64,000 nucleotides of DNA from Eledone cirrhosa (lineage: Eukaryota): positions 206,026,001 to 206,090,000 of the forward strand of contig OZ024740.1 in the NCBI GenBank assembly GCA_964016885.1. The letters are read 5' to 3'. A program made the position numbers and the translations under genes. How positions within the stretch are numbered: position 1 is the first letter of the stretch; every line of letters starts with the position of its first letter. Positions 49,897 through 63,509 of the stretch are shown piece by piece. The notes beneath the pieces are model-generated. The model had not been told where the DNA came from and ran no database searches. It worked only from the letters and a program-made list of their open reading frames with translations.

Positions 49897-52800
49897 GATT
49901 GTAAGCTCAACATCCTAAACACCTAGGCTATGATTGTAAGCCCAACATCCTAAACACCTAGGCTATGATTGTAAGCCCAACATCCTAAACACCTAGGCTA
50001 TGATTGTAAGCCCAACATCCTAAACACCTAGGCTATGATTGTAAGCCCAACATCCTAAAGACCTAGGCTATGATTGTAAGAACAACATCCTAAACGCCTA
50101 GGCTATGATTGTAAGCCCAACATCCTAAAGACCTAGGCTATGATTGTAAGAACAACATCCTAAACGCCTAGGCTATGATTGTAAGCCCAACATCCTAAAG
50201 ACCTAGGCTATGGTTGTAAGCCCAACATCCTAAACACCTAGGCTATGGTTGTAAGCCCAACATCCTAAACACCTAGGCTATGATTGTAAGCCCAACATCC
50301 TAAATGCCTAGGCTATGATTGTAAGCCAAACATCCAAATCACCTAGGCTATGATTGTAAGCCCAACATCCTAAACACCTAGGCTATGATTGTAAGCCCAA
50401 CATCCTAAACACCTAGGCTATGGTTGTAAGCCCAACATCCTAAACACCTAGGCTATGATTGTAAGCACAACACCCTAAACACCTAGGCTATGATTGTAAG
50501 CCCAACATCATAAACAGCTAGGCTATGATTGTAAGCCCAACATCGTAAACACCTACGCTATAATTGTAAGCCCAACATCCTAAACACCTAGGCTATGATT
50601 GTAAGCCAAACATCCAAATCACCTAGGCTATGATTGTAAGCCCAACATCCTAAACACCTAGGCTATGATTGTAAGCCCAACATCCTAAACACCTAGGCTA
50701 TGATTGTAAGCCCAACATCCTAAAAACCTAGGCTATGATTGTAAGCCCAACATCCTAAACACCTAGGCTATGGTTGTAAGCTCAACATCCTAAACGCCTA
50801 GGCTATGGTTGTAAGGCCAACATCCTAAACGCCTAGGCTATGGTTGTAAGGCCAACATCCTAAACGCCTAGGCTATGGTTGTAAGCCCAACATCCTAAAC
50901 ACCTAGGCTATGGTTGTAAGCCCAACATCCTAAACGCCTAGGCTATGGTTGTAAGGCCAACATCCTAAACGCCTAGGCTATGGTTGTAAGCCCAACATCC
51001 TAAACACCTAGGCTATGCTTGTAAGCCCAACATCCTAAATGCCTAGGCTATAATTGTAAGCCCAACATCCTAAACACCTAGGCTATGATTGTAAGCCCAA
51101 CATCCTAAACACCTAGGCTATGGTTGTAAGCCCAACATCCTAAACGCCTAGGCTATGGTTGCAAGGCCAACATCCTAAACACCTAGGCTATGATTGTAAG
51201 CCCAACATCCTAAACACCTAGGCTATGATTGTAAGCCCAACATCCTAAATGCCTAGGCTATAATTGTAAGCCCAACATCCTAAACACCTAGGCTATGGTT
51301 GTAAGCCCAACATCCTAAACACCTAGGCTATGGTTGTAAGCTCAACATCCTAAACACCTAGGCTATGATTGTAAGCCCAACATCCTAAACACCTAGGCTA
51401 TGGTTGTAAGCTCAACATCCTAAAAACCTAGGCTATGATTGTAAGCCCAACATCCTAAACACCTAGGCTATGATTGTAAGCCCAACATCCTAAATGCCTA
51501 GGCTATGGTTGTAAGCTCAACATCCTAAACACCTAGGCTATGATTGTAAGCCCAACATCCTAAACACCTAGGCTATGATTGTAAGCCCAACATCCTAAAC
51601 ACCTAGGCTATGGTTGTAAGCCCAAAATCCTAAACGCCTAGGCTATGGTTGTAAGCCCAACATCCTAAACACCTAGGCTATGGTTGTAAGCCCAACATCC
51701 TAAACACCTAGGCTATGGTTGTAAGCCCAACATCCTAAACGCCTAGGCTATGGTTGTAAGCCCAACATCCTAAACACCTAGGCTATGGTTGTAAGCCCAA
51801 CATCCTAAACGCCTAGGCTATGGTTGTAAGCCCAACATCCTAAACACCTAGGCTATAATTGTAAGCCCAACATCCTAAACACCTAGGCTATGATTGTAAG
51901 CCCAACATCCTAAACACCTAGGCTATGGTTGTAAGCCCAACATCCTAAACACCTAGGCTATGGTTGTAAGCCCAACATCCTAAACGCCTAGGCTATGGTT
52001 GTAAGCCCAACATCCTAAACACCTAGGCTATGGTTGTAAGCCCAACATCCTAAATGCCTAGGCTATGGTTGTAAGCCCAACATCCTAAACGCCTAGGCTA
52101 TGGTTGTAAGCCCAACATCCTAAACACCTAGGCTATGGTTGTAAGGCCAACATCCTAAACACCTAGGCTATGGTTGTAAGCCCAACATCCTAAACACCTA
52201 GGCTATGGTTGTAAGCCCAACATCCTAAACACCTAGGCTATGGTTGTAAGCCCAACATCCTAAACGCCTAGGCTATGGTTGTAAGGCCAACATCCTAAAC
52301 ACCTAGGCTATGGTTGTAAGGCCAACATCCTAAACACCTAGGCTATGGTTGTAAGCCCAACATCCTAAACACCTAGGCTATGGTTGTAAGCCCAACATCC
52401 TAAACGCCTAGGCTATGGTTGTAAGCCCAACATCCTAAACACCTAGGCTATGGTTGTAAGCCCAACATCCTAAACGCCTAGGCTATGGTTGTAAGCCCAA
52501 CATCCTAAATGCCTAGGCTATGGTTGTAAGCCCAACATCCTAAACACCTAGGCTATGGTTGTAAGCCCAACATCCTAAACGCCTAGGCTATGGTTGTAAG
52601 GCCAACATCCTAAACACCTAGGCTATGGTTGTAAGGCCAACATCCTAAACACCTAGGCTATGGTTGTAAGGCCAACATCCTAAACACCTAGGCTATGGTT
52701 GTAAGCCCAACATCCTAAACACCTAGGCTATGGTTGTAAGCCCAACATCCTAAACACCTAGGCTATGGTTGTAAGCCCAACATCCTAAACGCCTAGGCTA

Positions 52801-55800
52801 TGGTTGTAAGGCCAACATCCTAAACACCTAGGCTATGGTTGTAAGGCCAACATCCTAAACACCTAGGCTATGGTTGTAAGCCCAACATCCTAAACACCTA
52901 GGCTATGGTTGTAAGCCCAACATCCTAAACGCCTAGGCTATGGTTGTAAGCCCAACATCCTAAACACCTAGGCTATGGTTGTAAGCCCAACATCCTAAAC
53001 GCCTAGGCTATGGTTGTAAGCCCAACATCCTAAATGCCTAGGCTATGGTTGTAAGCCCAACATCCTAAACACCTAGGCTATGGTTGTAAGCCCAACATCC
53101 TAAACGCCTAGGCTATGGTTGTAAGGCCAACATCCTAAACACCTAGGCTATGGTTGTAAGCCCAACATCCTAAACACCTAGGCTATGGTTGTAAGCCCAA
53201 AATCCTAAACGCCTAGGCTATGGTTGTAAGCCCAACATCCTAAACACCTAGGCTATGGTTGTAAGCCCAACATCCTAAACGCCTAGGCTATGGTTGTAAG
53301 CCCAACATCCTAAATGCCTAGGCTATGGTTGTAAGCCCAACATCCTAAACACCTAGGCTATGGTTGTAAGCCCAACATCCTAAACGCCTAGGCTATGGTT
53401 GTAAGGCCAACATCCTAAACACCTAGGCTATGGTTGTAAGGCCAACATCCTAAACACCTAGGCTATGGTTGTAAGGCCAACATCCTAAACACCTAGGCTA
53501 TGGTTGTAAGCCCAACATCCTAAACACCTAGGCTATGGTTGTAAGCCCAACATCCTAAACACCTAGGCTATGGTTGTAAGCCCAACATCCTAAACGCCTA
53601 GGCTATGGTTGTAAGGCCAACATCCTAAACACCTAGGCTATGGTTGTAAGGCCAACATCCTAAACACCTAGGCTATGGTTGTAAGCCCAACATCCTAAAC
53701 ACCTAGGCTATGGTTGTAAGCCCAACATCCTAAACGCCTAGGCTATGGTTGTAAGCCCAACATCCTAAACACCTAGGCTATGGTTGTAAGCCCAACATCC
53801 TAAACGCCTAGGCTATGGTTGTAAGCCCAACATCCTAAATGCCTAGGCTATGGTTGTAAGCCCAACATCCTAAACACCTAGGCTATGGTTGTAAGCCCAA
53901 CATCCTAAACGCCTAGGCTATGGTTGTAAGGCCAACATCCTAAACACCTAGGCTATGGTTGTAAGCCCAACATCCTAAACACCTAGGCTATGGTTGTAAG
54001 CCCAAAATCCTAAACGCCTAGGCTATGGTTGTAAGCCCAACATCCTAAACACCTAGGCTATGGTTGTAAGCCCAACATCCTAAACGCCTAGGCTATGGTT
54101 GTAAGCCCAACATCCTAAACGCCTAGGCTATGGTTGTAAGCCCAACATCCTAAACACCTAGGCTATGGTTGTAAGCCCAACATCCTAAACACCTAGGCTA
54201 TGGTTGTAAGCCCAACATCCTAAACACCTAGGCTATGGTTGTAAGCCCAACATCCTAAACACCTAGGCTATGGTTGTAAGCCCAACATCCTAAACGCCTA
54301 GGCTATGGTTGTAAGCCCAACATCCTAAACGCCTAGGCTATGGTTGTAAGCCCAACATCCTAAACGCCTAGGCTATGGTTGTAAGCCCAACATCCTAAAC
54401 ACCTAGGCTATGGTTGTAAGCCCAACATCCTAAACGCCTAGGCTATGGTTGTAAGCCCAACATCCTAAACACCTAGGCTATGGTTGTAAGCCCAACATCC
54501 TAAACACCTAGGCTATGGTTGTAAGCCCAACATCCTAAACACCTAGGCTATGGTTGTAAGCCCAACATCCTAAACGCCTAGGCTATGGTTGTAAGCCCAA
54601 CATCCTAAACACCTAGGCTATGGTTGTAAGCCCAACATCCTAAACACCTAGGCTATGGTTGTAAGCCCAACATCCTAAACACCTAGGCTATGGTTGTAAG
54701 CCCAACATCCTAAACGCCTAGGCTATGGTTGTAAGCCCAACATCCTAAACACCTAGGCTATGGTTGTAAGCCCAACATCCTAAACACCTAGGCTATGGTT
54801 GTAAGCCCAACATCCTAAACACCTAGGCTATGGTTGTAAGGCCAACATCCTAAACACCTAGGCTATGGTTGTAAGCCCAACATCCTAAACGCCTAGGCTA
54901 TGGTTGTAAGGCCAACATCCTAAACACCTAGGCTATGATTGTAAGCCCAACATCCTAAATGCCTAGGCTATGGTTGTAAGCCCAACATCCTAAACACCTA
55001 GGCTATGATTGTAAGGCCAACATCCTAAACACCTAGGCTATGGTTGTAAGGCCAACATCCTAAACACCTAGGCTATGGTTGTAAGCCCAACATCCTAAAC
55101 GCCTAGGCTATGGTTGTAAGCCCAACATCCTAAACACCTAGGCTATGGTTGTAAGCCCAACATCCTAAACGCCTCGGCTATGGTTGTAAGGCCAACATCC
55201 TAAACACCTAGGCTATGGTTGTAAGGCCAACATCCTAAACACCTAGGCTATGGTTGTAAGCCCAACATCCTAAACGCCTAGGCTATGGTTGTAAGGCCAA
55301 CATCCTAAACACCTAGGCTATGGTTGTAAGCCCAACATCCTAAACACCTAGGCTATGGTTGTAAGGCCAACATCCTAAACACCTAGGCTATGGTTGTAAG
55401 GCCAACATCCTAAATGCCTAGGCTATGGTTGTAAGCCCAACATCCTAAACACCTAGGCTATGGTTGTAAGGCCAACATCCTAAACACCTAGGCTATGGTT
55501 GTAAGGCCAACATCCTAAATGCCTAGGCTATGATTGTAAGCCCAACATCCTAAATGCCTAGGCTATGGTTGTAAGCCCAACATCCTAAACACCTAGGCTA
55601 TGGTTGTAAGCCCAACATCCTAAATGCCTAGGCTATGGTTGTAAGGCCAACATCCTAAACACCTAGGCTATGGTTGTAAGGCCAACATCCTAAACACCTA
55701 GGCTATGGTTGTAAGGCCAACATCCTAAACACCTAGGCTATGGTTGTAAGCCCAACATCCTAAACACCTAGGCTATGGTTGTAAGGCCAACATCCTAAAC

Positions 55801-58800
55801 ACCTAGGCTATGGTTGTAAGGCCAACATCCTAAATGCCTAGGCTATGGTTGTAAGCCCAACATCCTAAACACCTAGGCTATGGTTGTAAGGCCAACATCC
55901 TAAACACCTAGGCTATGGTTGTAAGGCCAACATCCTAAATGCCTAGGCTATGATTGTAAGCCCAACATCCTAAATGCCTAGGCTATGGTTGTAAGCCCAA
56001 CATCCTAAACACCTAGGCTATGGTTGTAAGCCCAACATCCTAAATGCCTAGGCTATGGTTGTAAGGCCAACATCCTAAATGCCTAGGCTATGGTTGTAAG
56101 CCCAACATCCTAAACACCTAGGCTATGGTTGTAAGGCCAACATCCTAAACACCTAGGCTATGGTTGTAAGGCCAACATCCTAAATGCCTAGGCTATGATT
56201 GTAAGCCCAACATCCTAAATGCCTAGGCTATGGTTGTAAGCCCAACATCCTAAACACCTAGGCTATGGTTGTAAGCCCAACATCCTAAATGCCTAGGCTA
56301 TGGTTGTAAGGCCAACATCCTAAACACCTAGGCTATGGTTGTAAGCCCAACATCCTAAACGCCTAGGCTATGGTTGTAAGCCCAACATCCTAAACGCCTA
56401 GGCTATGGTTGTAAGGCCAACATCCTAAACACCTAGGCTATGGTTGTAAGCCCAACATCCTAAACACCTAGTCTATGGTTGTAAGCTCAACATCCTAAAC
56501 GCCTAGGCTATGGTTGTAAGCCCAACATCCTAAACACCTAGGCTATGGTTGTAAGGCCAACATCCTAAACACCTAGTCTATGGTTGTAAGCTCAACATCC
56601 TAAACGCCTAGGCTATGGTTGTAAGCCCAACATCCTAAACGCCTAGGCTATGGTTGTAAGCCCAACATCCTAAACGCCTAGGCTATGGTTGTAAGGCCAA
56701 CATCCTAAACGCCTAGGCTATGGTTGTAAGCCCAACATCCTAAACACCTAGTCTATGGTTGTAAGCTCAACATCCTAAACGCCTAGGCTATGGTTGTAAG
56801 CCCAACATCCTAAACACCTAGGCTATGGTTGTAAGGCCAACATCCTAAACACCTAGTCTATGGTTGTAAGCTCAACATCCTAAACGCCTAGGCTATGGTT
56901 GTAAGCCCAACATCCTAAACACCTAGGCTATGGTTGTAAGCCCAACATCCTAAACACCTAGTCTATGGTTGTAAGCTCAACATCCTAAACGCCTAGGCTA
57001 TGGTTGTAAGCCCAACATCCTAAACACCTAGGCTATGGTTGTAAGCCCAACATCCTAAACACCTAGGCTATGGTTGTAAGCCCAACATCCTAAACACCTA
57101 GGCTATGGTTGTAAGCCCAACATCCTAAACACCTAGGCTATGGTTGTAAGCCCAACATCCTAAACGCCTAGGCTATGGTTGTAAGCCCAACATCCTAAAC
57201 ACCTAGGCTATGGTTGTAAGCCCAACATCCTAAACACCTAGGCTATGGTTGTAAGCCCAACATCCTAAACACCTAGGCTATGGTTGTAAGCCCAACATCC
57301 TAAACGCCTAGGCTATGGTTGTAAGCCCAACATCCTAAACACCTAGGCTATGGTTGTAAGCCCAACATCCTAAACACCTAGGCTATGGTTGTAAGGCCAA
57401 CATCCTAAACACCTAGGCTATGGTTGTAAGCCCAACATCCTAAACGCCTAGGCTATGGTTGTAAGGCCAACATCCTAAACACCTAGGCTATGATTGTAAG
57501 CCCAACATCCTAAATGCCTAGGCTATGGTTGTAAGCCCAACATCCTAAACACCTAGGCTATGATTGTAAGGCCAACATCCTAAACACCTAGGCTATGGTT
57601 GTAAGGCCAACATCCTAAACACCTAGGCTATGGTTGTAAGCCCAACATCCTAAACGCCTAGGCTATGGTTGTAAGCCCAACATCCTAAACACCTAGGCTA
57701 TGGTTGTAAGCCCAACATCCTAAACGCCTAGGCTATGGTTGTAAGGCCAACATCCTAAACACCTAGGCTATGGTTGTAAGGCCAACATCCTAAACACCTA
57801 GGCTATGGTTGTAAGCCCAACATCCTAAACGCCTAGGCTATGGTTGTAAGGCCAACATCCTAAACACCTAGGCTATGGTTGTAAGGCCAACATCCTAAAC
57901 ACCTAGGCTATGGTTGTAAGCCCAACATCCTAAACACCTAGGCTATGGTTGTAAGCCCAAAATCCTAAACGCCTAGGCTATGGTTGTAAGCCCAACATCC
58001 TAAACACCTAGGCTATGGTTGTAAGCCCAACATCCTAAACGCCTAGGCTATGGTTGTAAGGCCAACATCCTAAACACCTAGGCTATGGTTGTAAGCCCAA
58101 CATCCTAAACACCTAGGCTATGGTTGTAAGGCCAACATCCTAAACACCTAGGCTATGGTTGTAAGGCCAACATCCTAAATGCCTAGGCTATGGTTGTAAG
58201 CCCAACATCCTAAACACCTAGGCTATGGTTGTAAGGCCAACATCCTAAACACCTAGGCTATGGTTGTAAGGCCAACATCCTAAATGCCTAGGCTATGATT
58301 GTAAGCCCAACATCCTAAATGCCTAGGCTATGGTTGTAAGCCCAACATCCTAAACACCTAGGCTATGGTTGTAAGCCCAACATCCTAAATGCCTAGGCTA
58401 TGGTTGTAAGGCCAACATCCTAAACACCTAGGCTATGGTTGTAAGGCCAACATCCTAAACACCTAGGCTATGGTTGTAAGGCCAACATCCTAAACACCTA
58501 GGCTATGGTTGTAAGCCCAACATCCTAAACACCTAGGCTATGGTTGTAAGGCCAACATCCTAAACACCTAGGCTATGGTTGTAAGGCCAACATCCTAAAT
58601 GCCTAGGCTATGGTTGTAAGCCCAACATCCTAAACACCTAGGCTATGGTTGTAAGGCCAACATCCTAAACACCTAGGCTATGGTTGTAAGGCCAACATCC
58701 TAAATGCCTAGGCTATGATTGTAAGCCCAACATCCTAAATGCCTAGGCTATGGTTGTAAGCCCAACATCCTAAACACCTAGGCTATGGTTGTAAGCCCAA

Positions 58801-60733
58801 CATCCTAAATGCCTAGGCTATGGTTGTAAGGCCAACATCCTAAATGCCTAGGCTATGGTTGTAAGCCCAACATCCTAAACACCTAGGCTATGGTTGTAAG
58901 GCCAACATCCTAAACACCTAGGCTATGGTTGTAAGGCCAACATCCTAAATGCCTAGGCTATGATTGTAAGCCCAACATCCTAAATGCCTAGGCTATGGTT
59001 GTAAGCCCAACATCCTAAACACCTAGGCTATGGTTGTAAGCCCAACATCCTAAATGCCTAGGCTATGGTTGTAAGGCCAACATCCTAAACACCTAGGCTA
59101 TGGTTGTAAGCCCAACATCCTAAACGCCTAGGCTATGGTTGTAAGCCCAACATCCTAAACGCCTAGGCTATGGTTGTAAGGCCAACATCCTAAACACCTA
59201 GGCTATGGTTGTAAGCCCAACATCCTAAACACCTAGTCTATGGTTGTAAGCTCAACATCCTAAACGCCTAGGCTATGGTTGTAAGCCCAACATCCTAAAC
59301 ACCTAGGCTATGGTTGTAAGGCCAACATCCTAAACACCTAGTCTATGGTTGTAAGCTCAACATCCTAAACGCCTAGGCTATGGTTGTAAGCCCAACATCC
59401 TAAACGCCTAGGCTATGGTTGTAAGCCCAACATCCTAAACGCCTAGGCTATGGTTGTAAGGCCAACATCCTAAACGCCTAGGCTATGGTTGTAAGCCCAA
59501 CATCCTAAACACCTAGTCTATGGTTGTAAGCTCAACATCCTAAACGCCTAGGCTATGGTTGTAAGCCCAACATCCTAAACACCTAGGCTATGGTTGTAAG
59601 GCCAACATCCTAAACACCTAGTCTATGGTTGTAAGCTCAACATCCTAAACGCCTAGGCTATGGTTGTAAGCCCAACATCCTAAACACCTAGGCTATGGTT
59701 GTAAGCCCAACATCCTAAACACCTAGTCTATGGTTGTAAGCTCAACATCCTAAACGCCTAGGCTATGGTTGTAAGCCCAACATCCTAAACACCTAGGCTA
59801 TGGTTGTAAGGCCAACATCCTAAACACCTAGTCTATGGTTGTAAGCTCAACATCCTAAACGCCTAGGCTATGGTTGTAAGCCCAACATCCTAAACGCCTA
59901 GGCTATGGTTGTAAGCCCAACATCCTAAACGCCTAGGCTATGGTTGTAAGCCCAACATCCTAAACGCCTAGGCTATGGTTGTAAGGCCAACATCCTAAAC
60001 ACCTAGGCTATGGTTGTAAGCCCAACATCCTAAACGCCTAGGCTATGGTTGTAAGGCCAACATCCTAAACACCTAGGCTATGGTTGTAAGCCCAACATCC
60101 TAAACACCTAGTCTATGGTTGTAAGCTCAACATCCTAAACGCCTAGGCTATGGTTGTAAGCCCAACATCCTAAAGACCTAGGCTATGGTTGTAAGGCCAA
60201 CATCCTAAACACCTAGTCTATGGTTGTAAGCTCAACATCCTAAATGCCTAGGCTATGGTTGTAAGCCCAACATCCTAAACACCTAGGCTATGGTTGTAAG
60301 GCCAACATCCTAAACACCTAGTCTATGGTTGTAAGCTCAACATCCTAAACACCTAGGCTATGGTTGTAAGCCCAACATCCTAAACGCCTAGGCTATGGTT
60401 GTAAGGCCAACATCCTAAACACCTAGGCCATGGTTGTAAGCCCAACATCCTAAACGCCTAGGCTATGGTTGTAAGGCCAACATCCTAAACACCTAGGCTA
60501 TGGTTGTAAGCCCAACATCGTAAACACCTACGCTATAATTGTAAGCCCAACATCCTAAACACCTAGGCTATGGTTGTAAGCCCAACATCCTAAATGCCTA
60601 GGCTATGATTGTAAGCCCAACATCCTAAACACCTAGGCTATGGTTGTAAGCCCAACATCCTAAACACCTAGGCTATGGTTGTAAGCCCAACATCCTAAAC
60701 ACCTAGGCTATGATTGTTAGCCCAACATCCTAA
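49897..60733. repeat. 35-bp satellite (acctaggctatggttgtaagcccaacatcctaaac)n, about 310 copies, derived from a SINE head
   Basis: Period of 35 throughout; continuous with a minus-strand SINE family B copy at its left edge. Confidence 0.98.
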
Positions 60734-61355
60734 GTAGATATGTCACACTGTAGATACAGGTATATATGTCACACATGGTAGATATAAATAATGTCACACA
60801 TGGTAGATATAGGTAGATAATGTCACACATGGTAGATATAGGTAGATAATGTCACACATGGTAGATATAGGTAGATAATATGTCACACATGGTAGATATA
60901 GGTAGAAAATATGTCACACATGGTAGATATAGGTAGATAATGTCACACATGGTAGATATAGGTAGATATGTCACACTGTAGGTACAGGTAGATATGTCAC
61001 ACATGATAGATGTAGGTAGATAATGTCACACATGGTAGATATAGGTAGATAATATGTCACACATTGTAAATATAGGTAGATATGTCACACTGTAGATACA
61101 GGTAGATATGTCACACATGGTAGATATAGGTAGATATGTCACACATGGTAGATATAGGTAGATAATATGTCACACATGGTAGATATAGGTAGATAATATG
61201 TCACACATGGTAGATATAGGTAGATAATATGTCACACATGGTAGATATAGGTAGATATGTCACACGTGGTAGATATAGGTAGATATGTCACACATGGTAG
61301 ATATAGGTAGATAATATGTCGCACATGGTAGATATAGGTAGATAATATGTCACTC
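60734..61355. repeat. ~27-30-bp minisatellite (atgtcacacatggtagatataggtagat[aat])n
   Basis: Directly visible, abutting the 35-bp array. Confidence 0.93.
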
Positions 61356-61688
61356 ACACATGAAATACATGCTAGAAATACAAAATCTTTAAAAAGTTTA
61401 CTATATGTTTTCTGATAGCAAACTGCTTGAAACCACCCCTGATTCTATGATACAAAGCAGTTTGTTTTAACCCATTTGATACCCTAAGTTCTGCAATATA
61501 AATCTCTTCATTTTAAGGTGTTTTTTTATTTATTTAAAAACCTTCAATCACAATTTTAACTAAAAACAGTTATGTCCCAAATATGAGATTCATAATGAGA
61601 TGGTTAGTTAAATTACTAAAACCTTCCAAATACTTGATTATTCTCGGTATGATTTGTAAATTATCAGCAGTAACATTTATTAGAAATA

Positions 61689-62176
61689 CTAGCAGAAAAA
61701 CCACCCTTTGGGTGGTTTTCTGCTAGCATGTGTAGTGTGCATATTGATATTATACGCAAGTATATATACATGTAGATATGATACATCAAATAAAATCGTA
61801 ATTGACAATATACACAGAAATTGAACTAAGATTGCGTTACACTGTCTTATGTAATCAGTAGCGTAATCCATGATACATTAAAAAAAAACGATATGATATA
61901 TAAACTGCATTAGGAGAAAATTAGTGATGGAAATATATAAATGTTTAATTAAATGATCGCTAACCGGAAGTGTTTACATTTAAAAATTTTAAAGAAGTGA
62001 ATCTTAAAATAAGCAACAAAATTATTTATATTTAATCAAGAATAAAGAAGTTTAGTAGATAAATTATGTAATATTCATCCATTATTTATTCAAAGTAATC
62101 CAACTTATTTTACAAACGGGATAAAAAAATATATTCTGGACGCAGTCCTGCATTCCTTACTTTATTATAGTTTAGA
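61689..62176 (-). mobile_element. Non-autonomous Helitron inserted into an older TTAA-type MITE
   Basis: Minus strand has a 5-prime TC, a 3-prime hairpin (tagcagaaaaccacc/ggtggtttttctgcta) and a CTAG end; removing it restores attagaaata|tggta as seen in the intact copy at about 44165. Confidence 0.8.
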
Positions 62177-62380
62177 TGGTATCAAAAAGGTTAAATACTC
62201 TTTGGTTAAAGTGTTCATATTTATCTTAAAACCTTCCATTACGATCTGAGTTCAAATCCCACCGAGGTTGACTTTGCCTTTCATCCTTACGGGGTCAATA
62301 AAATAAAGTGCCAGTAATGCACTGGGTATTTGCTGGCCTTGTGCCTAAAGTAGAAACGATTATAATTTTATGTAAGAAAA

Positions 62381-62570
62381 GGGCGGTGGATTGGCAGTAT
62401 CGGTAGAGGGCCGGACACCATGCTTTGACGCATAGAGTTACGGTCCTTGCCATTCTGAGTTCAAATCCCGACGAGGTTAACTTTGCTTTCATCCTTACGG
62501 GGTCGATAAAATAAAGTACCAGTAATGCACTGGGTAATTGCTGGCCTTGTGCCAAAAGTAGAAACAATTA
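62381..62570 (+). mobile_element. Full-length SINE family A copy with about 22-bp TSD, inserted at the tail of a truncated copy
   Basis: attataattttatgtaagaaaag flanks both ends. Confidence 0.9.
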
Positions 62571-62856
62571 TAATTTTATGTAAGAAAAGTTTATACTTGA
62601 AACATCTACTTAACCCTTTAGCATTTCAACTGGCTGTATCCGGCCAGAATTTTCTTACCTCTTTCTGTTTAAACCAGTCATAACCAGCTGTTCATACTTA
62701 TGTTAAGGTGTTATTCTCAAAATAAATAATATCAAAATATCATAGATTCAATATTATGTGAAATAAAGTGTTTACCATGAAAATACAATAGTATATATAT
62801 AGGGTAATGTAAATGTTAAAGAGTTAAAAAATTAGTTGTATTATTAAGTCCCTACA

Positions 62857-63058
62857 GGGCGGTGGATTGGCAATATCGGTAGACAGTCGGACACCATGCT
62901 TTGCAGCATAGAATTACAGCCCTTTGCGGTCTGAGTTCAAATTCCGCCGAGGTTAACTTTGCCTTTCATCCTTAAAATAAAGCACCAGTAACGTATTGAG
63001 GTCGATTTAATCGACTTTTCCACCCCACTGACCTTGTGCCTATCCTAGAAATCATTAT
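62857..63058 (+). mobile_element. SINE family A variant with TSD attattaagtccctaca
   Basis: A and B boxes present; 17-bp direct repeat on both sides. Confidence 0.88.
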
Positions 63059-63239
63059 TAAGTCCCTACAAAATTTTATTTTCAAAACTAATTGAAATCT
63101 TGAAAACTAATTGAAAATCTTAAAAACTAATTGAAAATCTTCGACAGTGTATTATATTAGCAATAAGATAATGAAAGGCTTAACATGACTGGCTAAAATT
63201 TCAATTTCTCCTAATTTGTTCTTTTTCTTGATTACACAG

Positions 63240-63509
63240 CAGCACCCAATGAACATACATGTGAAGCGTTTTCATTCCTCTGCACAAATGGTGGTTGTAT
63301 TCACATGTCATGGACTTGTGATGGAGAGGATGACTGCAACGATAATTCTGATGAAGAAAATTGTCCAACAATAGAAACATGTGGAGAAGGAATGTTCCAC
63401 TGTGTGCAATCTCCTGGCTGTATTCCACAAAGTTCTATTTGTAATGGTGTCAATGATTGTGTTGATCATTCTGATGAAATTGGTTGTTACTACAACCACA
63501 CAAGTAGAA
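63240..63509 (+). CDS. SORL1: SorLA exon, LA repeats 8 and 9
   Basis: acacag acceptor (CAGCAG tandem) and gtgagt donor; two complete 6-Cys LA repeats with DCxDxSDE; phase 1-1. Confidence 0.93.

Noticed and set aside
49897-60733. Possible CRISPR-like array (35-bp repeats with a central palindrome)
   Set aside because: Repeats are head-to-tail with no unique spacers, there are no cas genes, and the context is a eukaryotic intron
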